The notes beneath the pieces are model-generated. The model did not search any database, was not told the DNA's origin, and was given only the letters and a program-made list of their open reading frames with translations. Source: Lobosporangium transversale (lineage: Eukaryota). From it: 64,000 nt of DNA. Of the stretch, positions 1 through 13,745 are shown one piece after another. The stretch covers positions 310,001 through 374,000 of the forward strand of contig NW_019028981.1 of NCBI RefSeq assembly GCF_002105155.1, given 5' to 3'. The position numbers were made by a program, and so were the translations under genes. Each line of letters starts with the position of its first letter. Position 1 is the first letter of the stretch.

Positions 1-818
1 CGAAGACTATCCAACAAGAACAGTATCCGGCCTTGTTCGCTCGCAGGGTTCTAAGGCACTCGAAAGGGTTTAGAGCGGATACTGTGGAGTGTACATTTAT
101 CGCTCATTAATATTATCTACTGTTATTTTCCTGTTCCTTTGCGCTTCCTATGTACCTTTCTTCACTTCTGATCTATCGGTCAGAGGAATTGGTCATGAGT
201 CTTCGCGAATAATCTGCTATTGATGTAGATTTGCGATGATACCCGCAAGGGTTTAGAGTCATGAATGAGAAGTCAGCGTGCAGCAGGCGAGTGATTTCTT
301 CCAATGAGGTATAAATGACACTCAATCGGTGGTACGGCACTCTTCTTCTATGACGAAGACTATCCAACAAGAACAGTATCCGGCCTTGTTCGCTCGCAGG
401 GTTCTAAGGCACTCGAAAGGGTTTAGAGCGGATACTGTGGAGTGTACATTTATCGCTCATTAATATTATCTACTGTTATTTTCCTGTTCCTTTGCGCTTC
501 CTATGTACCTTTCTTCACTTCTGATCTATCGGTCAGAGGAATTGGTCATGAGTCTTCGCGAATAATCTGCTATTGATGTAGATTTGCGATGATACCCGCA
601 AGGGTTTAGAGTCATGAATGAGAAGTCAGCGTGCAGCAGGCGAGTGATTTCTTCCAATGAGGTATAAATGACACTCAATCGGTGGTACGGCACTCTTCTT
701 CTATGACGAAGACTATCCAACAAGAACAGTATCCGGCCTTGTTCGCTCGCAGGGTTCTAAGGCACTCGAAAGGGTTTAGAGCGGATACTGTGGAGTGTAC
801 ATTTATCGCTCATTAATA
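1..818. repeat. Tandem repeat, 353-bp unit, at least 2.3 copies that look identical (runs off the window start)
   Basis: CGAAGACTATCCAACAAGAAC... restarts at 1, 354 and 707; identity ends near 818; the same 65-aa ORF is called at 173..370 and 526..723. Confidence 0.97.
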
Positions 819-1294
819 ATATTTATCTTAACTCTGTTTTTTTCCATGCAGCTTTATCTTTTTGTAAACCCTGAGTTGACCTGTAAGGCTATCTAACTGT
901 TTAGTACCTGTAGATCTATGTCTGTGGTCCCGGCCCGAAGGGAGAATACTTGACTGGTTTGAATAAAACAGAGGACTTGGTCTTATTTTCCTAGATGTAT
1001 AATTACGACTGTCCCGCCTTGGTACCCACCCTTTTGTCGTTTTTATACCTCGTCCCTTTGGCTCTTTCAGAAGCGAGCGGACCATCATTGTGCCTAGGGA
1101 TTAATTTATTCTTTTCCTACAGATTTATCTTGCAATAAAAAAGAATATCTCGCTGATTTAAGCTTATTCTCTCTATTAAGATGGCATATTCGCTTGGTAT
1201 TACATTTTAATTTCATTTGTTTAAAGACTATTTCTGCATTCACACGATAAATGAAGAGGGTAGTGGAAACAGAATTGCTACGACTGGGTACTCT

Positions 1295-3450
1295 TTAAGA
1301 AGAGTAGATATCTGATGATGTAGGGTCGGTAGGAGAGCTACCAAGAGTCTCGTCGTAAATATGCTTTTCTAATGAAGAGTAAAGCCACTCGTCATCACCC
1401 TTCTCGCTCTCCTCCGTTTCATACATCTCCACCGTCCTCTTGACACAACTCTACAATAAAGTCAAAACGAGACCCGTTAACCATTGTGTAACAAAACACA
1501 TGGTGATGGAAACCATCCATTAATCCATCTTACCCTGACTTGCAACAGGTGAGCGAGCCCTTGGGACTGAAGCTTCCACACTGTGGCAGTGGGGGGCAGT
1601 TGGTACGAACTGTACAAATGTACCAACATGATGTAGGCGCTGAAGGGGGATGCCCTCATCTCCATGGTCTTGAAACCTCGTCCTAAAAAAACAAGCAAGT
1701 TAACAGACCGAACTGCTACAACTTTCTAAAATAACTCAATGATCCTGAATAATTTACCTCCAGAGTATATGGCGAAGAATCTCGCTTGGCTACGGAAGTG
1801 CGAGCTCGGTTGCTCCTGAAACCGGTGGGATGAAATGAGGTGAAGATCTTTGAACAATGTCACATCAAGTTCGTGCAGGAACTTGGTCGACACCTCATCC
1901 CACTCCTTGTGACTCTCTACCACAAACCAGTCGCGCTTGTTGGTTGTGTCTCTGGCCACCAGATCTAGCTTTCGTCCGCTCTGTTTGCGCGGTGGGGAGG
2001 TCTCCATATCGACCTTGCGCCCCATATTCTTCCTCTTCCCCGATTCCAGGCCCGCCTTTTCTCCATCAATCATTGTCACTCCGTCTACATCTGACAACAA
2101 GCCCTTCATTATCGGCCATGCCTCTCTGGTCCAGAATGATTCTGACAGATCTTTGTTGTCAAATGGGCACGGCTTTGTGACATATAGCTGTGTCCTGAAA
2201 CCGTAGGATACTCTGTTAACATAGGCTGTCTGGTCTTATACAGCACAACAGGGGAAACCATCAACTTACCATGAGAGAAAAGATCTCAGTATCAGCTCAC
2301 ATGAATATCGGTCTTCCTTTGGGACTGGTACTGACGCGACATGCTCGCCTCTGAGAAGAGCCAATCTGACATCGTATAGGTACCTCTCAATTGTCTCTGA
2401 TAATCTGGGGAGTTGGAAGTCACCCACTTTCTTCATTTCCTCCCACTCATCTACAGTAAAGAGAACTCTTGTTCTCTCACAGCCAAAGTCGATTGTGTAT
2501 GAGCGCATCCTATAACACATACAAGGCCATGAATACGGCGTTACGCTGTTAATTGGACCTCATAAAGTACAAACAAGATGAAGAAAAAAAAGAAAGTTTT
2601 TAGAGCATAAGACATACTTGAAGTTGGCCTCTTGCTTCATGCTTGCATGGTAAAGAACCTCTTCAACTGCTCTGCCGCTTCTAAGCTTCCAGAACTGTGA
2701 TCGATCCATAGCAGCAAAGCGCTACCGTAGGATCAAGCACCGATTGTCTGTTAATCTCAAGAAAGACATTTTGTTCCATACTAATGTAGTCTCCCCGCAC
2801 TCTGGAGTATTGACTCGATGTGCATACCGCTTTCCGGCTACTCAGATCGGGCTTCGCGCTGGTCATGGCCGTGATAGTTTTCATCGACGTCGAATTTATA
2901 TTCGTGATCGATCGCTTTCGCTTCTTGAAGCTTAGCGATGACAATGATGATGAGGACACTGAAGATGCTCTATTGACCACTTGACTAGATGTTCCGCCAT
3001 CTATATACGAAATCACAGCATTAGCATGAAATTTTACCATCAATGGACCATTCATTAATGCATACTTTTGTTGCAAGGAGTGTTACCATCTTTCAACATG
3101 CTTCCGGCTCCCTTGGCGAGTGAGGCATAGCCTTCTGCAAGACTTTGTTTAGCCTCGTCCTTTTTCATCTCGACCTGCCACACCGCGTGTTTTTGGCGGA
3201 ATAACTCGACGCTCGTGGTCGACAAAAGGCCCTCAGCCCTCTCTCTAACTTCCTTCGGTGCCTTCGCGTGCCCTGCAATAGTTGCCAGTCCATTTCTGTA
3301 TCTCTCAAAATACGCCTCAATCGTCTCCTGCTTCGATGAGACCTTAAGGAATGACAGCACGTCATTCCAGCTAGAACATGGAGTAGTCTTGAAAAAGACT
3401 CCTACTCTCATGTTCGTCAAGGCTTTCCATGAGAGTCGAGACTTTGACAT
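1295..3450 (-). CDS. Multi-exon hypothetical protein, Crinkler-effector-like / PD-(D/E)xK nuclease-like C-terminus
   Basis: ORFs 3055..3450, 2681..3076, 2266..2520 and 1726..2109 can be joined by GT..AG introns (first intron ~3086-3001). Motifs FWKLRSGRAVEEVLY and GRKLDLVARD..DWFVVESHK resemble REase-fold proteins expanded in early-diverging fungi. The last exon ends ...DIYSS* at 1295. Confidence 0.55.
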
Positions 3451-4551
3451 TGTATATGATAATTATTGAAGATTGATGTTGAACTATAAGTACCCAATTT
3501 AATTGCAAATATATAAAAGTTATGAATAGACTGAAGAGTTATGGAGAAATAAAGAAGAGGGAAAGAGGGCAACGGCGCTTTTAAATACTCGTTTTCACAC
3601 CATACAACTAAAAAAACAACATTTTCTAAAAATGGTGGCAAAGGTGAACAAAAAAACTTGACGCACAGTTCAAAATTCACACACCTTGCGAGCGTACTAA
3701 AAGACATATTCATGCAACTATTGAAGGTGGGTGGAAAGCCATCTGTCTGTAATATCGCTCTAGTGCTTTGTCTGTAGTACAACCCCCGGGTTCATAAGCA
3801 CATGAAGCTGGACCGAAAAACCAATATTAAGACTACTGCTAGGACATAAGCTGTACAAACCACACAGACGTGGAGTGGAGTAGATTAATTGTTGAATAAG
3901 AAAAAAGAAAAGACAAGACTGGTTTCATGAGGATCTTTCACCGCGTTCTGAGAACACATCACACTTCTAAATATGGGCTGATGAACAGTATGATAGTGCC
4001 TACTTTGCGCCTACCTGCATGAGTGGTAGCTTAACTCTAATATCTGAGCATGTTTACAGCAACCAGAAAACCTCATTTAGTTTTGTCTGAACGATGTAAT
4101 AGAGGAGGGCAGCGTTTTATGGATGATGTATATGAGTGAATTGGCTGGATTTACGACTGAAATGGAGAACAGTGTACTCGTTGAAGGACTTGGGCAATGC
4201 TTATTGGTACTGTAACCAAAAGACTGAAAGCAGTGGAGGCTATATGGATCTAGTATTCGCTATTTTGATATGGCTCCTTTCTCTTCTGCCGAAATCTCAA
4301 TAGATAACTTAATCTCTTAAACGAAGTTACAAATCTACTTACTATGCTAATTGATAAAAGTATTAAAATTCAGTGCAAATGTTTTTTTATTTTTATTTTT
4401 ATTTTTATTTTTATTTTTTTAATTAGAAGGTGCGCAAAAGACATGAATGTGTGATGATAATATAAAAATGCTATTTGTATTGTACATGGGGTGTTCTTGC
4501 TTCAATCATCTACCCTTACTCTAATGTGTTTGATTGTCACCAAAAATGTTT

Positions 4552-5951
4552 TCACTTCTTCATCATCTTCTGCTTCTTGATATGTGCATGAAGTTGAATC
4601 TGCTTATCCCTCAAGCTCATCTTCTTCTTCTCGCGGACTTCACGTTTGTGAGCAATCATCATAAAGTTCTTGCCCTTAGCCTTTTCCTTGTTCGTAGTTG
4701 ATCCACGGTCATTCGATCCTTTGCGTGAACCAAACTTTTCTCGTCCCTCACGTCCGTTCTTGATCGACTCCATACGCTCTGCATAATCCTGCTTGGCCTT
4801 CTTACGTGGTCCGATAATCGACCCAATCGAGACCTCACCTTCTTGTTGAGTTTCATCCGAAGGCGCAGGACGCTTGCCTGAATTAGCACGGGTTGGATTC
4901 ATTTTTTGATCCGCTTGCTTAGCCATTTTTAAAGCCTCGATCTTTGCAAAATCTGCAGGTGTGAGAATCTTGGTCGTTGCCAGCAGCTGAGCAGCAGCCA
5001 ATTTTTCTTTACGCTCTGCCTCCATCTGTAGACGCTTAGCCTTGGTCTGTTCATCTTCTTCCTTAACGTTCATATCCGCATCGTCATCATCATTAGGCAA
5101 CAGACCTTTCTTTTTCAAACGACGTTCCTTATTAGCAGACAGACGCTTTGTCTTCGGTTTCTTATTTCCATTCTCATCCTCTGATTCTTCACCATCTGAC
5201 AGCTTAATGTTCAAATCGTTATCATCATCTGAAACATTAATCCAACCACCTTCTTCATCATCATTCTCCTCCTCAGAAGCCTCTTCCCATTCGTCCCAGT
5301 CATTATCATCTCCCTCTCCGTTGTTGCTGTCCCCATCTGCATTCTCGGCCAAGAGTTGAAGATCCGCAAAGTCAGCATCATTATGGGTTTCACCATAAGC
5401 AGAAGGTTTGAGGCTGCGCATGTTCATCGTAGCGCCACGGCCACGATCCTTCTTCTTCAAAAGCTCCGGATTGATCTCTCGGAAGAGACCAATTAATGAA
5501 CGAGAGGCCATCATTACTCCTTTATCTCTGTGATTCTTGTACTCAGTCAAATCCTGAAGCAATGTTGCATTCATGGCTAGAGGGCATCGAGAGACGATCT
5601 CTCGAATACCGTTCAGACCTGCCGCCATGACCTCTGCAGCACAATGTTCTGTCACAAAGTTGTTGGCTAATGTTCTGATCACAGGCTCAACCACATCTGG
5701 TGGCACGAGATCATGTGAGGCTTGAGCAGAAATGGCGATGATTTGAGTTACATCCTTCTGGGTCGGTTGAAGACGCTTCTGGAGATATGGATAAAATCCG
5801 AGAACCGTTAGCTTGTGTACACCAATGATACGAGAAATCAAGTTCATCAACATCAGCTGAACTTCGTGACGCTCACGAGATGAAGCCAGATGAGAGTAGA
5901 GCTTTTCACTGAAACCTGAAAGCATAAAAAAAATCATTTGGTTATTCTCTT

Positions 5952-5982
<31 letters not shown>

Positions 5983-7223
5983 AAAAAAAAAAAAGAACTA
6001 TTCGTCCATGTAAAAATAAAAAATAAGGGATTAAGTACCTTGAGGATCGTTCAACAAATGAAGTGCTGAAAAATTAAAAGTTTCGGCCTTCTTCTTAGCC
6101 TTTTGCTTCTTCTTCAAGGTCGCGAGCATTTTATCCATCTGTTTTGCTTTGGATTTTGTCTTCTTGCTGACGTTCTGTTTATGCTGCATGGATTTGATAT
6201 CTGGTAATTCGTCTTCATCATCTGAATCATCGTCTGCTTCATTATTACCCAGGAAGAACTGAAGTGCAGTAACCATGATCTTGGTTACAGGCGAGAAACA
6301 AGCATGCGCAATAACATTAACAGTCTTGGCATCATTCCTAGTTTGTCCGTAAAGAATATAGACAATATATATCAGCAGTTAGTACTCATTACACCATAAA
6401 ACAGCTCCGTAGTTGCAGAATTTTTTTTTTTCCTTCGTACCAAATATTTTTGCGATACAGTTCGATACAGACATCAAGACTGCGCTTAGCTGCGATGGCA
6501 TTTTCGCTTCCTGTCCCCGCAGCGCCCTCAGCAGAAGTCAACATTGTATACATGAATCCTTGAAGTGTCTTATTCATCTTGTTGTTCTTGGCCTTCTGAT
6601 TGCTGACTTTGATGTCATTTACAATGTGATTATAGAGAATGTCACGGAGCATCTTGTCTCTGCAGCGGAATAAAGTGAAAAAGAGCGAAAGTAGACTGGT
6701 AGAGGAAATCATCTCTCTGTTGCGAAGAAGAACCAACGCCTGCACCATGGTACGGCGGAGCTCTGGATTGAGGATCTGGTAGTGCTTAGATAGAAGTGCA
6801 ATGATTTGATCTGGGAATTCTTTTGTCTCTTCAGGGTAACAAGGAGACACCTATTGAGACCAAAGAAATAAAAATAAGGTAGTGATAATAATAGTAATAG
6901 GTAATTAGTACTAAATTACACCTATTCCTTGCTTCGAAAGTATCTTCATGCATTAGATGAAAGAAGGACAATGAGAAAGAGAATATATGTGTGTAGAGAG
7001 TTAAAGAGTTGGTTGGAATTCGTACCTGGGCGATAAAGTTGATCAGATCCTGAAAGTCAGTTGAAAGTTCTTCAGGCTTGAGCTCAAAGATAGTTCTAGA
7101 GGATTCAAAGTGACGAAGCTGTTGCAAAAACTCCTCTTTGTATGAAAGGGGATCTCGTTTAATGAGATTTTGCAGCTGTGGGATGTTTGTGGGCAACAAT
7201 GCCGCCCTATTGCGCTTTCCCAT
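4552..7223 (-). CDS. SDA1: SDA1, 60S ribosome biogenesis protein (4 exons)
   Basis: N-terminus [45 protein letters not shown]; acidic region; C-terminal [15 protein letters not shown]; canonical introns between the ORF pieces. Confidence 0.95.
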
Positions 7224-8473
7224 GGTATACCGATGTGAAAAATGAGAAAAGGGAAAGGTGATGAGAGAAAGGTCTGCAGTTACTAGCGAACCATAAAAAA
7301 AAAAAAAAAAAAAAAAAGCTGCAAATCAAAACAATAAACAGCAGTCCTCTGTCGTGCATTTACAGAGGGTTTTGTTGTAGCACAAGTTTCTGCAGGTTAT
7401 TCATGATTTGTCATTAGGGCTGTGCCTAATTTTTGGAACGTTGGTCAAACGCGACAGATAGGAGGCATTTATTCTTTTTCCCGTCGCTATTTTTGTTGAT
7501 GCATTTTCTGGAATCACAAGACGTTCTTTAGAAGATGTCAACATTCATGAACACAATATTGCAATATGTGACATATAGTCGCAAACATCAATGAGTGGCA
7601 GAATACAAATCGAAATTTGCTACAGCCCACAGTATATAAACACATTTATATACATGTATACCTCATTTTTTTATTTTTTATTTTTTTGTTTATATATTTG
7701 TCAGGACATGGATGCGCAGACTCACTCATTCATGTTATGTGGTTGTTTTATCGTCAATGATTTTGAGGGGTTGAGAAAAGGATGATATTGCAATGCTCTG
7801 TCTAGAAAAGTGTCTCAAAAAGCTGAGACTAAAAAGAAATGTGACAAAAAGAAAAGAAAAGACAAGAAGAGAGATGCCAAGCTATCGTCATGGATTCCCT
7901 TTCTACGAGAGGTGTAAAAATAAAAAAATAAAAATAAAAATAAGAATAGATCCGTGCGTATGTGATGTGTAAGAGAAGATCTTATGCACGTTTTTGTCGT
8001 TTTGTCTGGTTTTTCTGGAGCATATTTGTCCAAGTGATTGAACAGCAGGGTTGTGGAATAGGGGGTGCTCAGGGATGTTCAAATGGAGTAAAGAATGCTC
8101 AAGCAGGCGGTGCCAATGCAACATCAGGAACAATCATGTAATGGATTCCCTCATTTTAATCTCCAACAAGGGTACATATAATTAATGATATACATTCTCA
8201 TCCATCCGCTCTGCCCCCTTTCTTCTTTTAAGCCCAACTTCATCCTCAATTTCATTTTTTTGGTACTGATACAACGGCAAGAATTCTGATTATTGTTCCA
8301 CATTTGGTCCCCCGCTCGCCACTATTTGGTTCCTGGTTTCTGGTCCCTGGTCTCAGCATCCTGTTTTTCTCTTTCTCTTCTCTTTCTCTTTTTCTTTTCT
8401 CTCATTCTCTCTTCATCCTCTCCCATTCTCTTTCTCCTGTTCTCATTGCATTCCACTTCGTTAGTAAGTGCAA

Positions 8474-8519
8474 TCACACTTCACACTTCACACTTCACAC
8501 TTCACACTTCACACTTCAC
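8474..8519 (+). repeat. (CACACTT)n heptamer microsatellite, about 6 copies
   Basis: TCACACTTCACACTTCACAC... in the pyrimidine-rich region upstream of the ADAM gene. Confidence 0.9.
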
Positions 8520-8674
8520 GCTCTCCTCCATTTGCTCATATTGCTGTAAGCAACGGCTCACTCTTCTTTTCTTACTCTCTTAATTCCTTCTCCTCTTCCT
8601 CTCTTCCTCTCTCTCCTTCTCTTTCGTCTTAGCTTCTCCCTTTCACACATACACAAGCATTCTTGGCAGTAGCC

Positions 8675-11600
8675 ATGATCACATCATTAAGGCATAGCCT
8701 TTTGGCACTGTTGTCGATCCTCGCACTGTCTTCGACCTTTACAAATCCAGTTCAAGGTAAATACTAAGCAATTTTGTACACACAGACACAGGGATGGACA
8801 ACCATCCCTTCTCTATTCACGATATCGCGTGTGTACCAACTCATCATCCACATCTATTTCTCACTATCATTCTTTATCCCTTTCTCCGCATAATATAACA
8901 GCACATTCCACAGCATTGCCTATAATCACCCGCTCAGAACATGTCCGCAGTCTACGCCACGACATTCTGCCAAGGATAGCATCCTATACTCTTCACAGAG
9001 ACCAGCCACTTGCAAAACGGACGATCGACCAGCGCCTCACCGCCTCTCCCGAAATCATTACCAAAGATGACACAATCCGACTTCAATTTAATGCTTTCAA
9101 CACTACTTTTCATCTCTATCTTGAGCCCAATACGGATCTGATTCATCCCGATGCCGACCTGGGACCTGATAACATATTCGATGATATCAAGCCTTTTAAG
9201 GGCGTCGTCATTGAGGATCAGCAATATTCTGATCAAAAGTGGAAACGAGCTGCAACAACATCACGAATAACCAAGAGAACAATCGAACACATGCAATATG
9301 AGGAAGGTATTGTTGGTTGGGCACGAATGACAGTCGAGCATGATGCTAACAGGTAACCATTACCGCTAATAACATTAAATATATTTTAAGATTAAAATGA
9401 CGATGTGAGGACACCAAAATAACAAGACCCTTGCTATCTTCGTTTCATAGTGCGGATAATCTTATACTCCGAGGAGCATTCATGGTCAAAGGCGATACCT
9501 ATCATGTCACAACAAAGAAAACCTATCATGTTCAAAAGCGATCTGAGGACGCATTACCTACAGCCGCTACATCCTTCGATTCTAGTCTCATCATCTTCCG
9601 CGACTCGGATCTCTACAGACCTGCTCTGCTCGCAAAGAATAAGAGGGGACTGAACGCTGAGAATGTCGTCTGTGGATCGGACCATATGCTCAACAAAACA
9701 GCTTCCTATATAGAAGCCACTTCATCTCATGGCTATTATTACCCACCTGATGTGTTAACGACGGTCCCTATGGCTAGAGGCTCAGACATGTCATCCTCGT
9801 GGATGGACGTGCTGACCTCGCCTCTCACTAAGCGTCAAGTTACCGTTCAAGCTGCAGGACCAAATCCTGTTCCCGAGGGCTGTCCTACTAACCGTCTCGT
9901 TACTTATATGGTAAGACTCACTGCGCCTCGTCGCTCTACGCCACTACAGCCTTTTTCTCTTCTGCGACTTTATTTTATTAATAATTCTACTCACTCTAAT
10001 ATATCATCCAGGGTGTTGCCGCCGATTGCGCCTACGTTCGCGAGCATGGAGGACAATCAGAAGCAAGAAAACAGATATTTGCCAACTTCAATACTGCCTC
10101 TGAGATTTATGAAAGTACATTTAATGTTGCATTGGGGATCATTTCACTAAATATCAAAAGCGAAAACTGTCCGACCACCCCAGTTGCGGGTGAAGAATGG
10201 AACCAGGACTGCTCACCTTCATACTCTATTGACAAGCGTCTGAGTGACTTTAGTCGCTGGAGAGGCGCGGATGATCGTCCAAGCGATGGGGCAGGATTAT
10301 GGCATTTGATGACAAAGTGCAATACAGGAGCTGTGGTTGGGATCGCATGGACAAAAGCTCTTTGCCAGGCATCATCACAGCGTCAGGGTTCCGGACAAAA
10401 CGTTCAATACACTGCAGGCACAGGAGTCTCGTCATCTACACCCACAGAATGGATGGTGGTTGCACATGAAATCGGTCATGGATTTGGAGCTATTCATGAC
10501 TGTACGGCTCAATCATGCCCTGCTGACATTGGACAATGCTGCCCACTTTCCGCCACGACCTGTAACGCCGGTGGACAGTACATTATGAATCCTTCTGAAC
10601 AATCAGCTACGCGTGTTTTCTCACCCTGCAGTATCAGAGCCATTTGTGGTACTATTCAAAGTTCTTCTGGGCGATGCCTTCAACCTCCAGGCACTCGTCA
10701 GACTCAGAATGGTGAAGCCAATATTTGTGGCAATGGAATCAAAGAGACTGGGGAGGATTGTGACTGCGGCTCACCCGAGGAGTGTGCCAAAGATCCTTGC
10801 TGTGATGGTACGACTTGCAAGTTCAAGGCTGGCGCTGTTTGCGATGATTTGAATGACGACTGTTGTCTGAATTGTCAATTGCGACCAACAGGATATGTTT
10901 GCCGTCAGGCTATCTCAGAATGTGATATCCAGGAGGTCTGTTCTGGAACAAGTGGGTCTTGCCCTGCCGATGTGAAACTGCCCGATCTGACACCATGCAA
11001 AGGCTCTAATAATGCAACAGGACTTCAATGTGCTAATGGGGTCTGTACTTCGCGTGATCTACAATGTCGCCAGCAGGATCGACAAGGCATCACCAAGCAA
11101 TGTGAAGCCTCCAACTCCTGCGACTTGATGTGCAACGACCCAAGCGGAAGCGCCTTGAGATGCATGCAAATCCCTGGAACTTATTTTATCGATGGCACTC
11201 CCTGTGGGTTTGGAGGTACCTGTTCTGGAGGTAAATGCGCTTACAGTAATGGTATCAATGGTGTCCTAAACTGGGCCAAAAACCATCTATCGATTGTGAT
11301 CCCAGTAGCTTGCGTTATTGGTCTAATCTTGCTTTGTTGTATTTGGGGCTGCTGCTGCTCTGGAACATCGAGGCGTCGGCGACAGAAGAAGATGACGCGA
11401 AGACCATCATCTGTGCTCAGACCCAGCGGATCATTCCGTTCTCGAACGGCTCCTCTTGGAGCACAGCATACAGGTCAGCACTATCCAATGGGAGCTCTTT
11501 CTCCGCCCCCACCTACATACCACGATCCATCAATACTTTTGCGAAATAGAGAAGAACAGCAACTTCAGCGGGCTCTTGAGGAAAGTCGCCGCGAATACGA

Positions 11601-11901
11601 AACGCACTCACACACCCTAAATGACAGAGAATCTAATAACTTTCCCTCAATGCCAGAACCACAATCGCAATCGCAATCGCAAAATGGTGCAACTGTCGTC
11701 TCGACACCCGTTGTGAGGACTTCGCCACTGCCAGCATTTGACCATACCAATGGTGCCGTTGTTCCTGCTACTGTCTATAATAATAACATTATTAGCAATA
11801 ACAGCAGCAACAATCCTTATCTCAACAGTAATAGCCATAGCCAAAGTACCAATCCTTTTGTAGATCAGCCTTCACAGATACCTTCAGGTGGACATATCTA
11901 G
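8675..11901 (+). CDS. ADAM-family (M12B reprolysin) metalloprotease with disintegrin and Cys-rich domains and a TM helix (4 exons)
   Basis: Signal-peptide-like exon 1 from ATG 8675; zinc motif HEIGHGFGAIHD with Met-turn YIMNP; CGNGIKETGEDCDCG disintegrin start; TM IVIPVACVIGLILLCCIW; low-complexity cytoplasmic tail. Confidence 0.93.
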
Positions 11902-12083
11902 CTTTGTAATTTATCCATTTGTGTAAATATTCGATTATGTGTACTATTTCCTTGACATGTAAATAAAAATGCCGAAGATTGGTCATATTTCATCCCAAAA
12001 AAAAAAGCAGCAAAAATGAACATATAAATGAAGCAAAAGTCCAACTCATCACAGAGAGCATCCTATCTGTATTCCTGAACTCC

Positions 12084-13745
12084 ATGCCTCTACAAGTCAT
12101 CCGGGCGGTCGACAACCTTGAGCGCTATAGCATTGCTAGGTCAAATGTCAACATTTACCACAATGTTGCCGTCGGCAACAGAATTCAATTAGTCCATTCA
12201 TCCTTTGTGCATGATGTCATCACTGCAAGTCTTCATGAATGGGTGCAGCTACTTTTGACTCCTGTCACACAACTTATTGAGTCGCATCCTTCACTTTCAG
12301 CTGTCTTGAGTGATTATTTAACAGCCAAGCCCGTATTCATGCGTCTCGAGACAATCAATCTCCTACAATTGGTCCGGATTGTCCCTGTGTCTCTCAAGGA
12401 GGCTGTGCAGATTGCACAGATCCTAGAAGAGGAACACAATATCCCCTTTGATCTTTCAGATCAAACTTCCCCATTATGGCGACTGGTGATCGCTCCTATC
12501 GAGAAATCATCATCGTCGTCTTCATTTTATCTGCTCTTTGTGTTCCATCATGTCATAGCCGATGGACGGTCTGCGATGACTGTGACAGAGCAATTAATAC
12601 AACATCTTAATACACAAGCCCAAGGTCGGCAGGCATATCCACGTGCCAGTGCTGATGGATCGAACCTCAATCGCTTCAACATCCCAATCAGGCACACTAA
12701 TCCTATTCCACTTTCGATCGAATCTCGCGTTAACTGCTATCCTTCTCTCTGGACCTTGATCACGGAAGCCTCGAGAGCACTACTGCTTCCAGGGTCGGTG
12801 AAGAAGATATTGGAAACTAAATACTGGGCTGGAGAGATTGATAGCACACTGGAGGAGCCAAATGTGACAGAAATGGTATTATTACAATTCACACAATCAG
12901 AAACAAGTCGAGTGATCCAAGCAGCCAAACGAAGCAAGACCACGGTCCAGTCGATTCTGTTCTCGGGAGCTGTGTTTGCAACAAAAAACGTATTCATGAC
13001 CGGTCAGCAAAAGCATTATAATGAAAATTACGACCGAAGTGGAAAGAGCGAGGAGGCAATTGTGTTTGCGACGCCTGTGTCTCTCCGTGACTTGATTCCA
13101 ATCCCAATTCCTTCAGAAGACTTGGGGAATTATACGTCCGAGATCTTGCACAATAACATCCGGATCCATGAAGAATCTGAGTTTTGGGAGACGAGCCGGG
13201 TATATCGTGAACAAGTAATTCGAGGAACAAGGACTAAAAAGGGGTTACAGGATTTATTGGAACACTTTGGGATGTTGAGTCTGCTACCTAAGAGTGATGG
13301 TGCATGGGAGGCGTTCATGGCGAGTAAAGTATATAAGGACCAACATGGACGGAAGGCCTCCGTCAAGTTGTCGAACCTAGGGCGCGGTTGGACTCGGTCT
13401 ATTCCAAGTGATGAAGATGGGAGAGGAGACCAAGCGGATGGAAATGGTGGCACTCTTAATAGCGGTAAGAACGGAGTAAGATCCGATACTCAAATGTTCA
13501 GTATCAAAGACGCGATCTTCTCGCAGTCGTCGGGTGTCACAGCTTCAGCACTGACCATGAATGTGGCAACGGCCAATAATATCATGACTGTAACTACAAC
13601 ATGGCAGAAAGCAGGTTTCAAGGGTAGAGCCCGTGGCGAGTTGTTTGTTAGCGAGTTTAAACGTATTTTATTTGAAGCAATTGAGACTATGGAGAAAGGA
13701 AAAGAACACTACTTTTTCATGGATGCAGTAAGAAATGATAAGTGA
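12084..13745 (+). CDS. Alcohol acetyltransferase / condensation-domain (CoA-dependent acyltransferase) family protein, intronless
   Basis: HHVIADG catalytic motif, PLWRL, TPVSLR and LSNLG motifs typical of Atf1-like acyltransferases; first ATG at 12084. Confidence 0.85.
   Translation: MPLQVIRAVDNLERYSIARSNVNIYHNVAVGNRIQLVHSSFVHDVITASLHEWVQLLLTPVTQLIESHPSLSAVLSDYLTAKPVFMRLETINLLQLVRIVPVSLKEAVQIAQILEEEHNIPFDLSDQTSPLWRLVIAPIEKSSSSSSFYLLFVFHHVIADGRSAMTVTEQLIQHLNTQAQGRQAYPRASADGSNLNRFNIPIRHTNPIPLSIESRVNCYPSLWTLITEASRALLLPGSVKKILETKYWAGEIDSTLEEPNVTEMVLLQFTQSETSRVIQAAKRSKTTVQSILFSGAVFATKNVFMTGQQKHYNENYDRSGKSEEAIVFATPVSLRDLIPIPIPSEDLGNYTSEILHNNIRIHEESEFWETSRVYREQVIRGTRTKKGLQDLLEHFGMLSLLPKSDGAWEAFMASKVYKDQHGRKASVKLSNLGRGWTRSIPSDEDGRGDQADGNGGTLNSGKNGVRSDTQMFSIKDAIFSQSSGVTASALTMNVATANNIMTVTTTWQKAGFKGRARGELFVSEFKRILFEAIETMEKGKEHYFFMDAVRNDK

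Noticed and set aside
173..723. Twin 65-aa ORFs in the tandem repeat, and the array as a possible CRISPR
   Set aside because: Non-ATG start, no recognisable domain, and the units are identical with no unique spacers.
8675..13745. ADAM plus acyltransferase as a secondary-metabolite cluster
   Set aside because: No NRPS, PKS, terpene or adenylation backbone gene nearby; flanks are housekeeping genes.
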